A stretch of DNA of 64,000 nt, from assembly GCA_018383975.1 (NCBI GenBank), contig JAHAZT010000060.1:1428-65427 (forward strand), read 5' to 3'. This document shows, in pieces, positions 54,235 to 64,000 of this stretch. The notes under the pieces are model-generated. The model worked only from the letters and a program-made list of their open reading frames with translations, was not told where the DNA came from and searched no databases. Numbering within the stretch: the stretch's first letter is position 1; every line of letters begins with the position of its first letter. The translations under genes were made by a program, and so were the position numbers. The DNA is from Eubacteriales bacterium. GTDB taxonomy: Bacteria > Bacillota > Clostridia > Oscillospirales > CAG-272.

Positions 54235-56475
54235 ATGAAAAAAGCAAAGCCGGAATCCATTCTCGGTAAACAGGGACCGCAGATACGGACGCGCTCGTTC
54301 GTTCTCTTTTCGATAGTTTCGCTCATCGCCGTAATGCTCATCGGCAGACTGTTTTACCTTCAGATAATAAATTACAAAAAATATCGCGCCGCCGTAATCG
54401 AACAGATGATATACGAAACGCCGATTTCGGCGTCAAGAGGACTTATCACGGACAGAAACGGCGTCGTTCTTGCCACAAATTACACAACGGAAAGAATTTT
54501 CATCTCCCCTTACGATATCGAAACGGAGGAGGAGCGCACGCTTATATGCAAGGGCCTCTCCGAAATTCTGGACGTCGATTACGACTATATCTATGAACAG
54601 TCGACAAAGACAAAATATAAAGACAGAACGATAAAAAAGAACGTCGACGAGGCAACAGCCGATATAGTCCGTAAATACATAGCGGATAACGAGCTTGAAA
54701 GAAAGATCTGCCTTGCGGAAATGACGACGCGCGTCTATCCCTTCTCCACCCTCGCGAGCCACGTCATCGGCTTCTGCGGCACTGACGGCGGCAGTTACGG
54801 ACTTGAATATTATTACAACAGCGTTCTTTCCGGCGTCAGCGGAAAGATAGTCGCCGCGCAAAGCGGAAATATGGGGTCAATGCCCTATAACTACGAAACA
54901 TATATTGATGCTTCCGGCGGCGCAAGCCTTGTGACAACGATAGATTATAAAATCCAGAGCATACTTGAAAATTACCTTGAACAGGCGGCTGTTGAGTCGG
55001 GCTGTAAATCGCGCGCACAGGCAATTGCAATGGATCCCGCAACGGGCGAAATACTCGGCATGGCGGTTTATCCCAGCTATGACCTCAACAGCCCAACAAC
55101 CTTCCCCGAATATTATCAGAAAAAAGCAGAATCCGCAAAAACGGCATACGGAGAAGGCACGGTTGAATATCAGAAGGCACTTTCCGCGTTCTTGCTTGAA
55201 ATGTGGAACAACAAAACGATAACCGAAACATACGAGCCGGGCTCAACCTCCAAAATATTCACAACGTCGATGGCTCTTGAAGAAAAGAGAGCCAAAACGA
55301 GCGATACATTCTATTGCAGCGGGTCGTATACCGTTTCCGGATGGAAAATCAAATGTCACAAAACAACCGGTCACGGGCTCGTTACCTTCTCCCAGGGACT
55401 TATGCAGTCGTGCAACCCCTGTATGATGATGCTCGCGGAGCGCATAGGAATACCGACGTTCTGCAAATATTTTTCCGCCTTCGGACTCGACTCGAAAACC
55501 GGAATTGACCTTCCCGGCGAAACAGGCTCGGTTTACAGAAGTGAGGACAATATGTCCGCACTCGACCTCGCCGTTTACTCATTCGGTCAGAGATATAACG
55601 TAACGGCTGTACAGCAGATAGCCGCTGTTGCGGCTGTTGCAAACGGCGGCACGCTCGTCACTCCTCACGTTGTCAAAGCCGTAAAGGACGACAACGGAAA
55701 TATAAAGGCGACCTTCGGCACTACGGAAAAGCGACAGGTTGTAAGTCGTGAAACTGCAACGACGATCTCCTCCATACTTGCGGAGGGCGTCGCGACCAAC
55801 GGCGGCGCAAAAAACGCATACGTTGCGGGATATTCCGTCGCGGCAAAGACAGGTACATCGGAAAAAGGCACCGTCGGCAACAAGAGAATTGCGTCAACGG
55901 TGGCTTATGCGCCGTCATATGACCCGAAAATAGTCGTGCTTCTGGCAGTCGACGAGCCGTCAATCGGCTCTATTTACGGAAGCACCGTGGCTGCGCCTTA
56001 CGTTGCGAAAATGCTTTCCGAAATACTTCCCTATCTCGGCGTTGAGCCGGTATATACGGCGGAGGAAATGGCAAAGCTCGAAAAGCCCGTAAAAAATTAT
56101 CGCGGTCTTTCGCTCGATACGGCAATAAAAAACATAAGTGACGCCGGATTGAAATACGAAATAATCGGAACGGGAAAATCCGTAATAACGCAGGTTCCCG
56201 TTTCGGGAAGCAGGATGTCCTCCGAAAACGGCAAAATTATTCTTTACACAAGCGAGGACGTTGCGTCCGCATATGCAACGGTACCCTCCGTCATAGGAAA
56301 AAGTGCGGCGGAGGCAAATAAACTCCTTGCCGACGCAGGCTTCAATATTCATCTTACGGGCGTCACGAGCGGAAGCTCTGCGGTCGCCGTCAGACAGTCG
56401 GTTGAGGCGGGCACCTCTGCCGAAAAAGGAAGTATAATCACGGTGGATTTCAGAATCACGGACGTTTCCGACTGA
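54235..56475 (+). CDS. Class B penicillin-binding protein (FtsI/SpoVD/PBP2B type) with two C-terminal PASTA domains
   Basis: The transpeptidase motifs STSK (PGSTSKIFT), SGW-like and KTGT (AAKTGTSE) are present, with two PASTA repeats at the C-terminus. Confidence 0.9.
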   Translation: MKKAKPESILGKQGPQIRTRSFVLFSIVSLIAVMLIGRLFYLQIINYKKYRAAVIEQMIYETPISASRGLITDRNGVVLATNYTTERIFISPYDIETEEERTLICKGLSEILDVDYDYIYEQSTKTKYKDRTIKKNVDEATADIVRKYIADNELERKICLAEMTTRVYPFSTLASHVIGFCGTDGGSYGLEYYYNSVLSGVSGKIVAAQSGNMGSMPYNYETYIDASGGASLVTTIDYKIQSILENYLEQAAVESGCKSRAQAIAMDPATGEILGMAVYPSYDLNSPTTFPEYYQKKAESAKTAYGEGTVEYQKALSAFLLEMWNNKTITETYEPGSTSKIFTTSMALEEKRAKTSDTFYCSGSYTVSGWKIKCHKTTGHGLVTFSQGLMQSCNPCMMMLAERIGIPTFCKYFSAFGLDSKTGIDLPGETGSVYRSEDNMSALDLAVYSFGQRYNVTAVQQIAAVAAVANGGTLVTPHVVKAVKDDNGNIKATFGTTEKRQVVSRETATTISSILAEGVATNGGAKNAYVAGYSVAAKTGTSEKGTVGNKRIASTVAYAPSYDPKIVVLLAVDEPSIGSIYGSTVAAPYVAKMLSEILPYLGVEPVYTAEEMAKLEKPVKNYRGLSLDTAIKNISDAGLKYEIIGTGKSVITQVPVSGSRMSSENGKIILYTSEDVASAYATVPSVIGKSAAEANKLLADAGFNIHLTGVTSGSSAVAVRQSVEAGTSAEKGSIITVDFRITDVSD

Positions 56476-56542
56476 CAACGGCGGAAACGGACGCGGGAAG
56501 TTTGAAGAATATTTCAAATTAAACCGCGGAGGTGACCGTAAA

Positions 56543-57985
56543 TTGAAATTATCATCGCTTATATCGGAAAACGAGCTTGTATTTCCGTCGCCCGAAACGG
56601 CGGAAACCGACGTTGCCGGCGTTTGCGCCGACTCAAGAAAACTGCGCGCGGGAGAGCTTTTCTTCTCTCTTGACGGAAGCAGAGCAAATATGTATGACGC
56701 TGTCCTGAAAGGCGCAATTGCCGTCGTCACGGACGGCAGGCGTGACGAAAGGTTTCCCGTTCCCGTATTGACGGTAAAGGACGCAAGGGAGGCATTCGCG
56801 CTTGCCTGCCTGCGCATATGCGGAAATCCGCAAAAGAAGCTCCGGCTCTGCGCCGTAACGGGCACGAACGGGAAGACAACCGTTGCCGCAATGCTTTCGG
56901 ATATCCTCCGCGAAGGCGGATATACCACGTTTTTAATCGGAACGGAGGGCGCAGGCAGCGGAAGCAATCCGGAAAAAACGGGATATACAACTCCCCCTCC
57001 CGAAATTCTCGCTCCTCTGCTGAAAAAAGCCGCGGACGAAAAGGCGGACTTTGTTATAATGGAAGCAAGCTCACATTCGCTTGACCAAAAACGCCTGTCC
57101 GGACTGCATTTTGAGCTTGGAATTTTCACAAATCTCTCTCGTGATCATCTCGACTATCACAATGATATCGAAGCGTATTCGGCGGCGAAGGCAAAGCTGT
57201 TTTCGCATTGCCGCTGCTCCGTAATCAATTTCGATGACCCTCACGCCTATGAAATGGCATGGGCAGCGACAGAGGAAATCCGCTATTATTCGATAAATGA
57301 CTATGACTGCGACTTCTTCGCAGACAACATAAACCTCTCGCCCGTCGGAGTTGAATTTGACTTCTGCGCCGTCGGGATGAGAGAACACATCTCCTCGCCT
57401 CTCGTCGGGATTTATTCGGTGTACAATATGCTCGCGGCGGCATCGGCGGCGTCTGCTCTCGGAATAAAGGGGAGTATCGCCGCAAGAGCTATGTGCAGAT
57501 TCCGCGGAACGGCGGGGCGAATGGAAAAAATCACAACCAAAGGCGGAGCGACTGTCGTAATTGACTTTGCACACACTCCGGACGCTATGAAAAACGTCAT
57601 CACCGCGGCAAAGCAGTTTACCCCCGGAAAAGTAATCACGGTTTTCGGTTGCGGCGGCGAAAGGGACAAAGGCAAACGCGCCGAAATGGGACGCATTGCC
57701 TGCGCACTTTCGGATAAGGTCATAATCACAAGCGACAATCCGCGCTCGGAGGATCCGGGCGAAATAATCAAGAATATAACCGCAGAAATAAAGGTCTGCG
57801 AAAACCGCAGAACCGAGCCTGACAGAAGGAAGGCAATAGAACTGGCGATAACGTCCGCCGAAAAGGGCGATACGGTGCTTATTCTCGGCAAGGGAGCCGA
57901 AGAATTTATCACGGCGGACGGAAAGAAGCTGCCCTTCTCCGACAGGAAAACGGCGGAAAACATAATTATTGAAAAGGGACTTTGA
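56543..57985 (+). CDS. murE: UDP-N-acetylmuramoyl-L-alanyl-D-glutamate--2,6-diaminopimelate ligase
   Basis: Supporting motifs are VTGTNGKTT and the Mur ligase middle and C-terminal domains with DNPR (TSDNPRSEDP). Confidence 0.9.
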   Translation: MKLSSLISENELVFPSPETAETDVAGVCADSRKLRAGELFFSLDGSRANMYDAVLKGAIAVVTDGRRDERFPVPVLTVKDAREAFALACLRICGNPQKKLRLCAVTGTNGKTTVAAMLSDILREGGYTTFLIGTEGAGSGSNPEKTGYTTPPPEILAPLLKKAADEKADFVIMEASSHSLDQKRLSGLHFELGIFTNLSRDHLDYHNDIEAYSAAKAKLFSHCRCSVINFDDPHAYEMAWAATEEIRYYSINDYDCDFFADNINLSPVGVEFDFCAVGMREHISSPLVGIYSVYNMLAAASAASALGIKGSIAARAMCRFRGTAGRMEKITTKGGATVVIDFAHTPDAMKNVITAAKQFTPGKVITVFGCGGERDKGKRAEMGRIACALSDKVIITSDNPRSEDPGEIIKNITAEIKVCENRRTEPDRRKAIELAITSAEKGDTVLILGKGAEEFITADGKKLPFSDRKTAENIIIEKGL

Positions 57986-57987
57986 AA

Positions 57988-59388
57988 ATGAAATTCGGAT
58001 GTACTGAACTTGATATAAATATTCGGACGCTTGCCGGAATGTGCGGCGGTAAGTTGTTTTGCAAGGGCAACCCGTCGACGTCGGTTTACGGCGTTTCTAC
58101 CGACTCGCGCGTCGACTGCACGGGAGAATGTTTTTTTGCAATCACGGGCGAAAATTTTGACGGTCACGATTTTGTCGGCAAGGCAAAGGAAAACGGCGCG
58201 GTATGTGCCGTCGTGAGCAAAAAGCCCGATTGCGATATCCCGTATATCCTCGTAGACGATACGGTGAAGGCGCTCGGCGCTCTCGCAAAGGCTTATAAAT
58301 CGCACTTCCGCGTGATAACAATCGCCGTGACGGGCAGCGTCGGCAAAACGACAACAAAGCAGTATATCCATTCAATTCTCTCACAAAAATACAAAACTCA
58401 CAAAACAGAGGGCAATTTCAACAGCGAAATAGGCTTGCCGCTCACGGTTCTTTCCCTTGAAAAAGATGACAGACTCCTCGTCCTCGAAATGGGCATGAGC
58501 GCGGCAGGCGAAATATCCGCGCTTTCAAAAATCGCAGAACCGGATATCGCCGTTATAACATGTATAGGAAATTCGCACATAGAAAAGCTCGGGTCGAGAG
58601 AAAATATATGTGCGGCAAAGCTGGAAATAGCAGACGGAATGAAGGGCGGAGCAATCGTCGTTCTTGACGGCGACGAGCCGCTTCTCTCCGATGTTCTGCG
58701 TAAAAAACAGCTGTGCAGAATTTATTTCGGTATAAAAAACAAAAGAAGCGATTATCTTGCGGAAAATATCGTCCGCTCGGAGGACGGTATGCGTTTTGAC
58801 GTGAAATCAAACATCGGCGGCGATATGAAATCGCTTGAAATAAAGCAGATAGGCGCACACAACGTAAAAAACGCGCTCGCAGCGGTCACCGTTGCAAGCC
58901 TGCTCGACATTAGCGATGACGAAATAAGCGCCGGACTTCTCGCTTTTTCGCCCGTAAAGCTCCGTCAGAGCATTGTGAGCGCAAAAGGATTTACTGTTAT
59001 CGAGGACTGCTATAATGCCGGTCCGGAGTCGATGTCGGCTGCGCTTGACGTGCTGGATGACGTCGCAAAGGGCAGAAAGATTGCCATACTCGGCGAAATG
59101 CGTGAGCTCGGCGAATATTCCGCTTCCCTTCACCGCGAGGTCGGGAAAAAGGCGGCGGCGCTTGGCGTTGACAGGCTTGTGACAATCGGCGCGCTTGCCG
59201 GAGAAATCGCCAACGGCGCAAAGTCCGGCGGAATGTCACCCGAAAACATAACCGAAATAGCCGATTGGGAGGACGCAAAGTCCGCCGCAGACGCTATAAA
59301 GGCCATCATCTGCGATGGCGACACGGTGCTTATAAAGGCAAGTCGTGCGCTTTCGCTTGAAAGAATATCAAAACTGCTTCAGGAGTAA
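57988..59388 (+). CDS. murF: UDP-N-acetylmuramoyl-tripeptide--D-alanyl-D-alanine ligase
   Basis: Supporting motif VTGSVGKTTTK plus the conserved position. The ATG at 57988 has better RBS spacing than the TTG at 57982. Confidence 0.9.
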   Translation: MKFGCTELDINIRTLAGMCGGKLFCKGNPSTSVYGVSTDSRVDCTGECFFAITGENFDGHDFVGKAKENGAVCAVVSKKPDCDIPYILVDDTVKALGALAKAYKSHFRVITIAVTGSVGKTTTKQYIHSILSQKYKTHKTEGNFNSEIGLPLTVLSLEKDDRLLVLEMGMSAAGEISALSKIAEPDIAVITCIGNSHIEKLGSRENICAAKLEIADGMKGGAIVVLDGDEPLLSDVLRKKQLCRIYFGIKNKRSDYLAENIVRSEDGMRFDVKSNIGGDMKSLEIKQIGAHNVKNALAAVTVASLLDISDDEISAGLLAFSPVKLRQSIVSAKGFTVIEDCYNAGPESMSAALDVLDDVAKGRKIAILGEMRELGEYSASLHREVGKKAAALGVDRLVTIGALAGEIANGAKSGGMSPENITEIADWEDAKSAADAIKAIICDGDTVLIKASRALSLERISKLLQE

Positions 59389-59392
59389 AGTA

Positions 59393-60364
59393 ATGACTAT
59401 TTATCTTGCAATCGTACTTGCGTCGGCATTTGTCTGCACCGCGGTGCTGGGAAGAATTTTCATTCCCGTGCTTATGACAAAAAAACTCGGTCAGCCCGTA
59501 AAGGAAATAGGACCGAGATGGCATAAATGCAAGGACGGCACACCGACAATGGGCGGACTGTTCTTTATTGTCGGGGTTGCGGTTGCCCTCTGCGCAGCGT
59601 TCTTTTTCCTTGACAAAAAGGAAATCGTCAAGCTATGGATATGCTACGGATTTACGCTCTTTTCCGGTATGATTGGCTTAATCGACGACGGAAAAAAGCT
59701 CTTCGAGCATAAAAATGACGGCATACGCGCATATCAGAAAATACTTCTTCAAGCGGCAATATCATCGCTCTTTATGATCGCGGCTGAAAAAACCTTCGGA
59801 CTTTCAAAAACTCTCTATATCCCGTTTTTCAAAGCGGAAATTGAGCTCGGCTTCTGGTTTTATATACTTTTTATCGCGTTTTTTGTGTTCACGTCAAACT
59901 CCGTAAACCTCACGGACGGCATTGACGGTCTCGCTTCGTCCGTCACGGCGGCGGTGTGCGCGTTTTTTGCCGTAAAGGCGGTTGTAAGCGGCGAGGGCGC
60001 CGCGGCGACGCTTGCCGTTGCGGTTTTCGGAGGTTGTCTCGGTTTTCTTGTATACAATGCTCATCCCGCAAGGGTATTTATGGGCGATACGGGGTCGCTT
60101 TTTCTCGGCGGAGCGGTTGTTGCGCTGTCCGTTATGACCGGCGACCCGCTGATACTTGTCATTGTCGGCATAGTCTATTTTATAGAGGCGATATCGGTCA
60201 TTCTTCAGGTTTCATATTTCAAGCTGACCCACGGAAAAAGACTTTTCAAGATGTCGCCGTTGCACCATCATTTCGAGCTTTGCGGCTGGACGGAGGGGAA
60301 AATCGTCCTTGTGGCGATTGCCGTAACCGTTGCGATGGCTGTAATATCTTATTTCTTTGAATAA
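59393..60364 (+). CDS. mraY: Phospho-N-acetylmuramoyl-pentapeptide transferase
   Basis: Supporting motifs are GTPTMGG, NLTDGIDGLA and MGDTGSLFLGG. I trimmed the start to 59393. Confidence 0.95.
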   Translation: MTIYLAIVLASAFVCTAVLGRIFIPVLMTKKLGQPVKEIGPRWHKCKDGTPTMGGLFFIVGVAVALCAAFFFLDKKEIVKLWICYGFTLFSGMIGLIDDGKKLFEHKNDGIRAYQKILLQAAISSLFMIAAEKTFGLSKTLYIPFFKAEIELGFWFYILFIAFFVFTSNSVNLTDGIDGLASSVTAAVCAFFAVKAVVSGEGAAATLAVAVFGGCLGFLVYNAHPARVFMGDTGSLFLGGAVVALSVMTGDPLILVIVGIVYFIEAISVILQVSYFKLTHGKRLFKMSPLHHHFELCGWTEGKIVLVAIAVTVAMAVISYFFE

Positions 60365-60387
60365 TTTGCGAAAGGAGGAGCTTTTTC

Positions 60388-61566
60388 GTGACAGACGAGC
60401 AAAAAAGAAAAAGTGAAGGCAGTTCTTTTCTGAAAGAGCTTCTTCACCCGCAGATAAATACCGTCTACCGCGTGCGCGGCGGCGTCGACAGAATTTTTCT
60501 TATAATTGTCGTGCTTCTTCTCTGCTATGGGTCGGTTATGGTATTTTCATCGAGTTATATATTTGCCAAAGTCAAAATGCACGACAGTCTGTGGTTCGTC
60601 AAAAAGCAGATATTCTTCGCCGTGGTGGGGATTGTCGTCATGATGCTTATCTCTTTTGTCGACTACGGCTTTGTGAAAAAATTCACGGTTCCGATATTCG
60701 CCGTCAGCTTTCTGATGCTCGCCGCCGTACCCTTTATAGGTGAAACAAACAAAGGCGCGACGAGATGGCTCCGCTTCGGACCCATTCAGTTTCAGCCGTC
60801 CGAGATAATGAAATTTGCCCTTGTCCTTCTGCTCGCATCTTATATATCGTTTTTCAGCACGAAAATAAAGGAGTTCAAATACGGAATTTTAATTCCCGCT
60901 ATGATAACCGGCGTCGTCTGCGTCATAACCCTGCTCGAACATCATATGTCCGGAACGATAATTCTCTTTCTCATCGGCGCTTCGATGATATTTATGTCGG
61001 GCGCAAACTGGAAAATTCTCGCAACAATCGGCGGTGTATTCGGCGCGGGAGCGCTCGGCGTAATGCTCTTTACAAATTATATGAAAAAACGTATCGACGC
61101 GTGGCTGCATCCCGAGCTTTATCTTCAGACAGGCGGCTGGCAACCGTACCAGAGTCTGCTCGCCATAGGCTCCGGCGGACTTTTCGGCGTCGGACTCGGA
61201 AACAGCTATCAGAAGCATATGTGGCTTCCCGAGCCGCAGAACGACTTTATCTTTGCCATTCTCTGTGAGGAACTTGGCTTTCTCGGTGCGATTGCTCTCA
61301 TTGTTCTGTTTGTACTGTTCATATGGCGCGGTTTTGTCATCGCGAAGCGCGCACCGGACACGTTTTCTTCCGTTCTTGTTGCGGGACTTACCGCAAAGGT
61401 CGGTATTCAGGCAATGCTCAATATCGCAGTCGTGACATCATCCATCCCGACGACGGGAATTGCGCTTCCCTTCTTTTCATACGGCGGGACGGCGCTTGTA
61501 ATGCAGTTGGCGGAGATGGGAATCATACTTTCCGTTTCACGTTATTCGTCTCAAAAGCGGGTATAA
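60388..61566 (+). CDS. ftsW: SEDS-family peptidoglycan glycosyltransferase FtsW/SpoVE
   Basis: It is polytopic with the motifs IQFQPSEIMK, LPEPQNDFIF and LPFFSYGGT. It has a GTG start. Confidence 0.9.
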   Translation: MTDEQKRKSEGSSFLKELLHPQINTVYRVRGGVDRIFLIIVVLLLCYGSVMVFSSSYIFAKVKMHDSLWFVKKQIFFAVVGIVVMMLISFVDYGFVKKFTVPIFAVSFLMLAAVPFIGETNKGATRWLRFGPIQFQPSEIMKFALVLLLASYISFFSTKIKEFKYGILIPAMITGVVCVITLLEHHMSGTIILFLIGASMIFMSGANWKILATIGGVFGAGALGVMLFTNYMKKRIDAWLHPELYLQTGGWQPYQSLLAIGSGGLFGVGLGNSYQKHMWLPEPQNDFIFAILCEELGFLGAIALIVLFVLFIWRGFVIAKRAPDTFSSVLVAGLTAKVGIQAMLNIAVVTSSIPTTGIALPFFSYGGTALVMQLAEMGIILSVSRYSSQKRV

Positions 61567-61604
61567 AAAGGCTGTAAAATATCATCTTTTTCGGAGGAGC
61601 TTAA

Positions 61605-62753
61605 ATGAAGATTATTCTTGCAGGCGGAGGCACGGGCGGTCATATATATCCGGCAATAGCCGTCGCCGACACAATAAAAAGTCGTGACAAAAGCGCGGAA
61701 ATCCTCTTCATTGCTACAAAAAAAGGAATGGAGAAGACCCTTATCGAAAAGGCGGGATACAAAACCGCGCACATAGAAATGAGCGGACTGCAAAGAAGTC
61801 TCTCTCTTAAAAATATAAAGACGGCTATATGTTTTTTCACTTCGCAGATTGCGGCAAAAAAGTTACTGAAAGCGTTTCAGCCCGACGTCGTGTTCGCAAC
61901 GGGAAATTATCTCTCCTATCCTCTGATACACACCGCTGCGAAAATGGGCATACCGACGGCAATCCACGAATCAAACATTGCCCCCGGCAGAGCCATCAGA
62001 ATGCTTGAAAAAGACGCCGATGTAATATTTATAAACTTTCCGTCCACAGCGGACTCCTTCGGGGATAAGTCAAAGGTAATGTGCGTCGGAAATCCTATGC
62101 GGACAGAAGGACTTTCGCTCTCAAAGCGTCAGGCACGCGCAGAGCTTGATATTCCGCAGGACTGCGAATACGTCCTGCTTTCGTTCGGCGGAAGTCTCGG
62201 CGCACGGGCAATCAATAACAGCGTAATCGAGCTTATGGAAGGATTTTCGTCAAAGCATCCCGAAATTTTTCATATTCATTCGACCGGAAAAGGCGGGTAT
62301 GACGCATTTATGCGCAGCTTCCGCGAAAAAGGGCTTGACGCCTGCAAAAATCTGCGTCCTGCCGAATATATTTACGATATGCCGAAATGGGAGGCTGCGG
62401 CGGACGCGGTTATTTGCCGTTCCGGCGCAATGACCGTTTCCGAGATTGCGCTTATGGGCAAGGCGTGTGTGTTTATCCCCTCCCCGAATGTGACGGAAAA
62501 TCATCAGTTCAAAAATGCGGAGGGACTGAAAAATTCGGACGCCGCGCTCCTCATAGAAGAAAAAAATCTGAACTTCAACTCCCTTTCCTCCGCCGTGCAT
62601 GACCTGCTTTTCACTCCGCTCGGAGCAAAACTCTCGGAAAATATCCGCGCGTTTGCAAAACCGGAGGCAAGAGATTTGATTTACAGGGAGCTTGTCCGCC
62701 TTTCAAACCGCGAACTGCTGTCGCTTGTCGGAAAGGAGGAGGCGAATGAGTAA
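61605..62753 (+). CDS. murG: Lipid II synthase MurG (UDP-GlcNAc transferase)
   Basis: Supporting motifs are ILAGGGTGGHIYPAIAVA and RSGAMTVSEIA. Confidence 0.95.
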   Translation: MKIILAGGGTGGHIYPAIAVADTIKSRDKSAEILFIATKKGMEKTLIEKAGYKTAHIEMSGLQRSLSLKNIKTAICFFTSQIAAKKLLKAFQPDVVFATGNYLSYPLIHTAAKMGIPTAIHESNIAPGRAIRMLEKDADVIFINFPSTADSFGDKSKVMCVGNPMRTEGLSLSKRQARAELDIPQDCEYVLLSFGGSLGARAINNSVIELMEGFSSKHPEIFHIHSTGKGGYDAFMRSFREKGLDACKNLRPAEYIYDMPKWEAAADAVICRSGAMTVSEIALMGKACVFIPSPNVTENHQFKNAEGLKNSDAALLIEEKNLNFNSLSSAVHDLLFTPLGAKLSENIRAFAKPEARDLIYRELVRLSNRELLSLVGKEEANE

Positions 62754-63513
62754 AAAAGAGCTTGAGTCGTTTCGGCTCAAAGCGTTTATAATAAAGATAT
62801 GCTTTTTTGCGCTTATGCTCGCCCTCATTATTATATTCGTTTTTTCGGTGAGAATAAAAAGCGTAACGGTTGAGGGAAATGCCGTCTCTTCGGAGGAAAA
62901 CATAATCGCGGCGGCAAATCTGCGGCGCGGCGCGCATATGTACTCAATCGACAAAAACGCGCTTTCAAAGTCCATTCTTGAAAAAAATCCGTATGTAAGC
63001 TCGGTGACCGTCAGGCGACGTCTGCCGTCGACAATAATAATCACCGTAACGGAGGACAAGCCCTCTTTTTTCATGGCGTTCGGCTCGGACTTTCTGATTC
63101 TCTCGGACAGGCTGCGCGTGCTTGACGTCGTGCAGTCTCCGCAGGGGCTTTCGTCAAGCGGGATAATTCCCATTTCCCTGCCGACCGTAACCGAGGCAGT
63201 CCCGGGAAAAACTCTCGTTTTTGAGTCCGCAAGGGACTATCGGTTGAGTGCGGAGCTTATCGGTCAGTTTGCCTCGTGCGACTTTGCGGACGGAATAACC
63301 ATGATTGATATTTCAAACAGATTCGCCGTTAAAGCGGTGTATAAAAGCAAGTATACGATTGTATTCGGAAGTTATACAGATTTAGAAAAAAAGCTGAAAT
63401 TCTGCAAAAAAACAATCGGTTATGTTGAAAAAAACATGCCCGGCGTTGCAGGCACGATATACGCAACCGGCACTGCGGAGACGTCCTTCCTTGTGACCGG
63501 CACAGCCGATTGA
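62746..63513 (+). CDS. ftsQ: Cell division protein FtsQ/DivIB (TM plus POTRA)
   Basis: It has a TM segment near the N-terminus and a POTRA-like VTVEGNAVSSEENIIAAANL…VTVRRRLPSTIIITVTE. I trimmed the start to 62746. Confidence 0.85.
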   Translation: MSKKELESFRLKAFIIKICFFALMLALIIIFVFSVRIKSVTVEGNAVSSEENIIAAANLRRGAHMYSIDKNALSKSILEKNPYVSSVTVRRRLPSTIIITVTEDKPSFFMAFGSDFLILSDRLRVLDVVQSPQGLSSSGIIPISLPTVTEAVPGKTLVFESARDYRLSAELIGQFASCDFADGITMIDISNRFAVKAVYKSKYTIVFGSYTDLEKKLKFCKKTIGYVEKNMPGVAGTIYATGTAETSFLVTGTAD

Positions 63514-63714
63514 CAAATTTTGTCACCGAAAAAGTATATATAAATGCCCGAAAATGACCTCCGACTGCCCCGTTTTTCATTATTTTTTCCCTTTTGGGAC
63601 GAATTTCTGCGATTTTTATGATTTTTTTATAAAAACATATTGCAAAATTCGAAAATAAATATTATTATATTATTGTATCTATTTTTGGAGCAAAATTTTA
63701 GGAGGTTTAATATC

Positions 63715-64000
63715 ATGGGTTTTGAATTTGACAACAATTATGACAGTGGCGTAAAGATTAAAGTCATCGGCGTCGGCGGTGGCGGCGGTAACGCCGTAAA
63801 CCGTATGATTGAAACAAACATACAGGGCGTTGACTTTATCACGGTAAACTGCGACAAGCAGGTTCTTCTCACGTCCAGCGCAAACACAAAAATAGCCATC
63901 GCCGAAAAGATTACAAAGTGTCACTGACCATGATACGACACCGAAATAAGTAAGCGCGCGTAAGAAGAAAACATCGAAGACATCCATAACATCATCCGCT
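63715..64000 (+). pseudogene. ftsZ: ftsZ 5' region; the reading frame as given is interrupted by in-frame TGA (63925), TGA (63931) and TAA (63961)
   Basis: The product [52 protein letters not shown]… is unmistakably FtsZ. From about codon 68 the conserved GLGAG…G…A segment reads CH*P*YDTEISKRA*EEN. The AGGAGG RBS is intact. Confidence 0.6.

Noticed and set aside
63925-63963. Reading the in-frame TGA codons in ftsZ as glycine (genetic code 25) because both fall on conserved Gly positions
   Set aside because: TGA is used as an ordinary stop by many genes in this window, for example lgt, rpsU, mraZ, trmD and murE. A TAA also interrupts the frame, and neighbouring conserved residues carry non-stop substitutions. 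Recoding therefore does not rescue the gene.

Overview
The window looks like ordinary chromosomal DNA from a moderately GC-rich Firmicute, probably a member of the Clostridia. That assignment is an inference from gene content and order only. Coding density is high, and I found no integrase, transposase, phage, CRISPR-Cas or recognisable defence genes.

Content from left to right:
- 1-1300: a truncated XRE regulator, three tandem ~112-bp structured repeats and tRNA-Gln(CUG).
- 1375-11929: feoAB, a sigma-70 family factor, a zinc-ribbon protein, a lipoprotein, a cysteine desulfurase with tsaE, tsaB and rpiB, an Ig-repeat surface protein, lgt and a CPBP protease.
- 11985-24661, minus strand: a tight 12.7-kb, 7-gene operon. 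It encodes a 1008-aa solute-binding protein with N-terminal sugar-binding-like modules, two separate ABC permease pairs, a 725-aa beta-propeller/Yip1 membrane protein and a 1143-aa secreted protein of unknown function. It has no ATPase gene.
- 25255-33451, minus strand: mnmA, nifU, nifS, rnhA, rarA, nth, maf, a U32 peptidase and zapA.
- 33644-51948: thiI, a MinD/ParA-like ATPase, mgsA, htpG, small membrane proteins, a GT2 glycosyltransferase, a lipoprotein, an orphan P-loop ATPase, rpsU, rimM, trmD, murJ, an O-antigen-ligase-like protein, two paralogous small anchored proteins, ptsH, uvrC, rsmD and coaD.
- 52173-64000: a complete dcw cluster of mraZ, rsmH, ftsL, a PBP, murE, murF, mraY, ftsW, murG, ftsQ and ftsZ.

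The items most worth a second look are:
1. The tandem structured repeats at 865-1181, which show compensatory stem changes between copies.
2. The atypical ABC-centred operon together with its leader region.
3. The ftsZ 5' region at the window end, which carries three in-frame stop codons at conserved positions.
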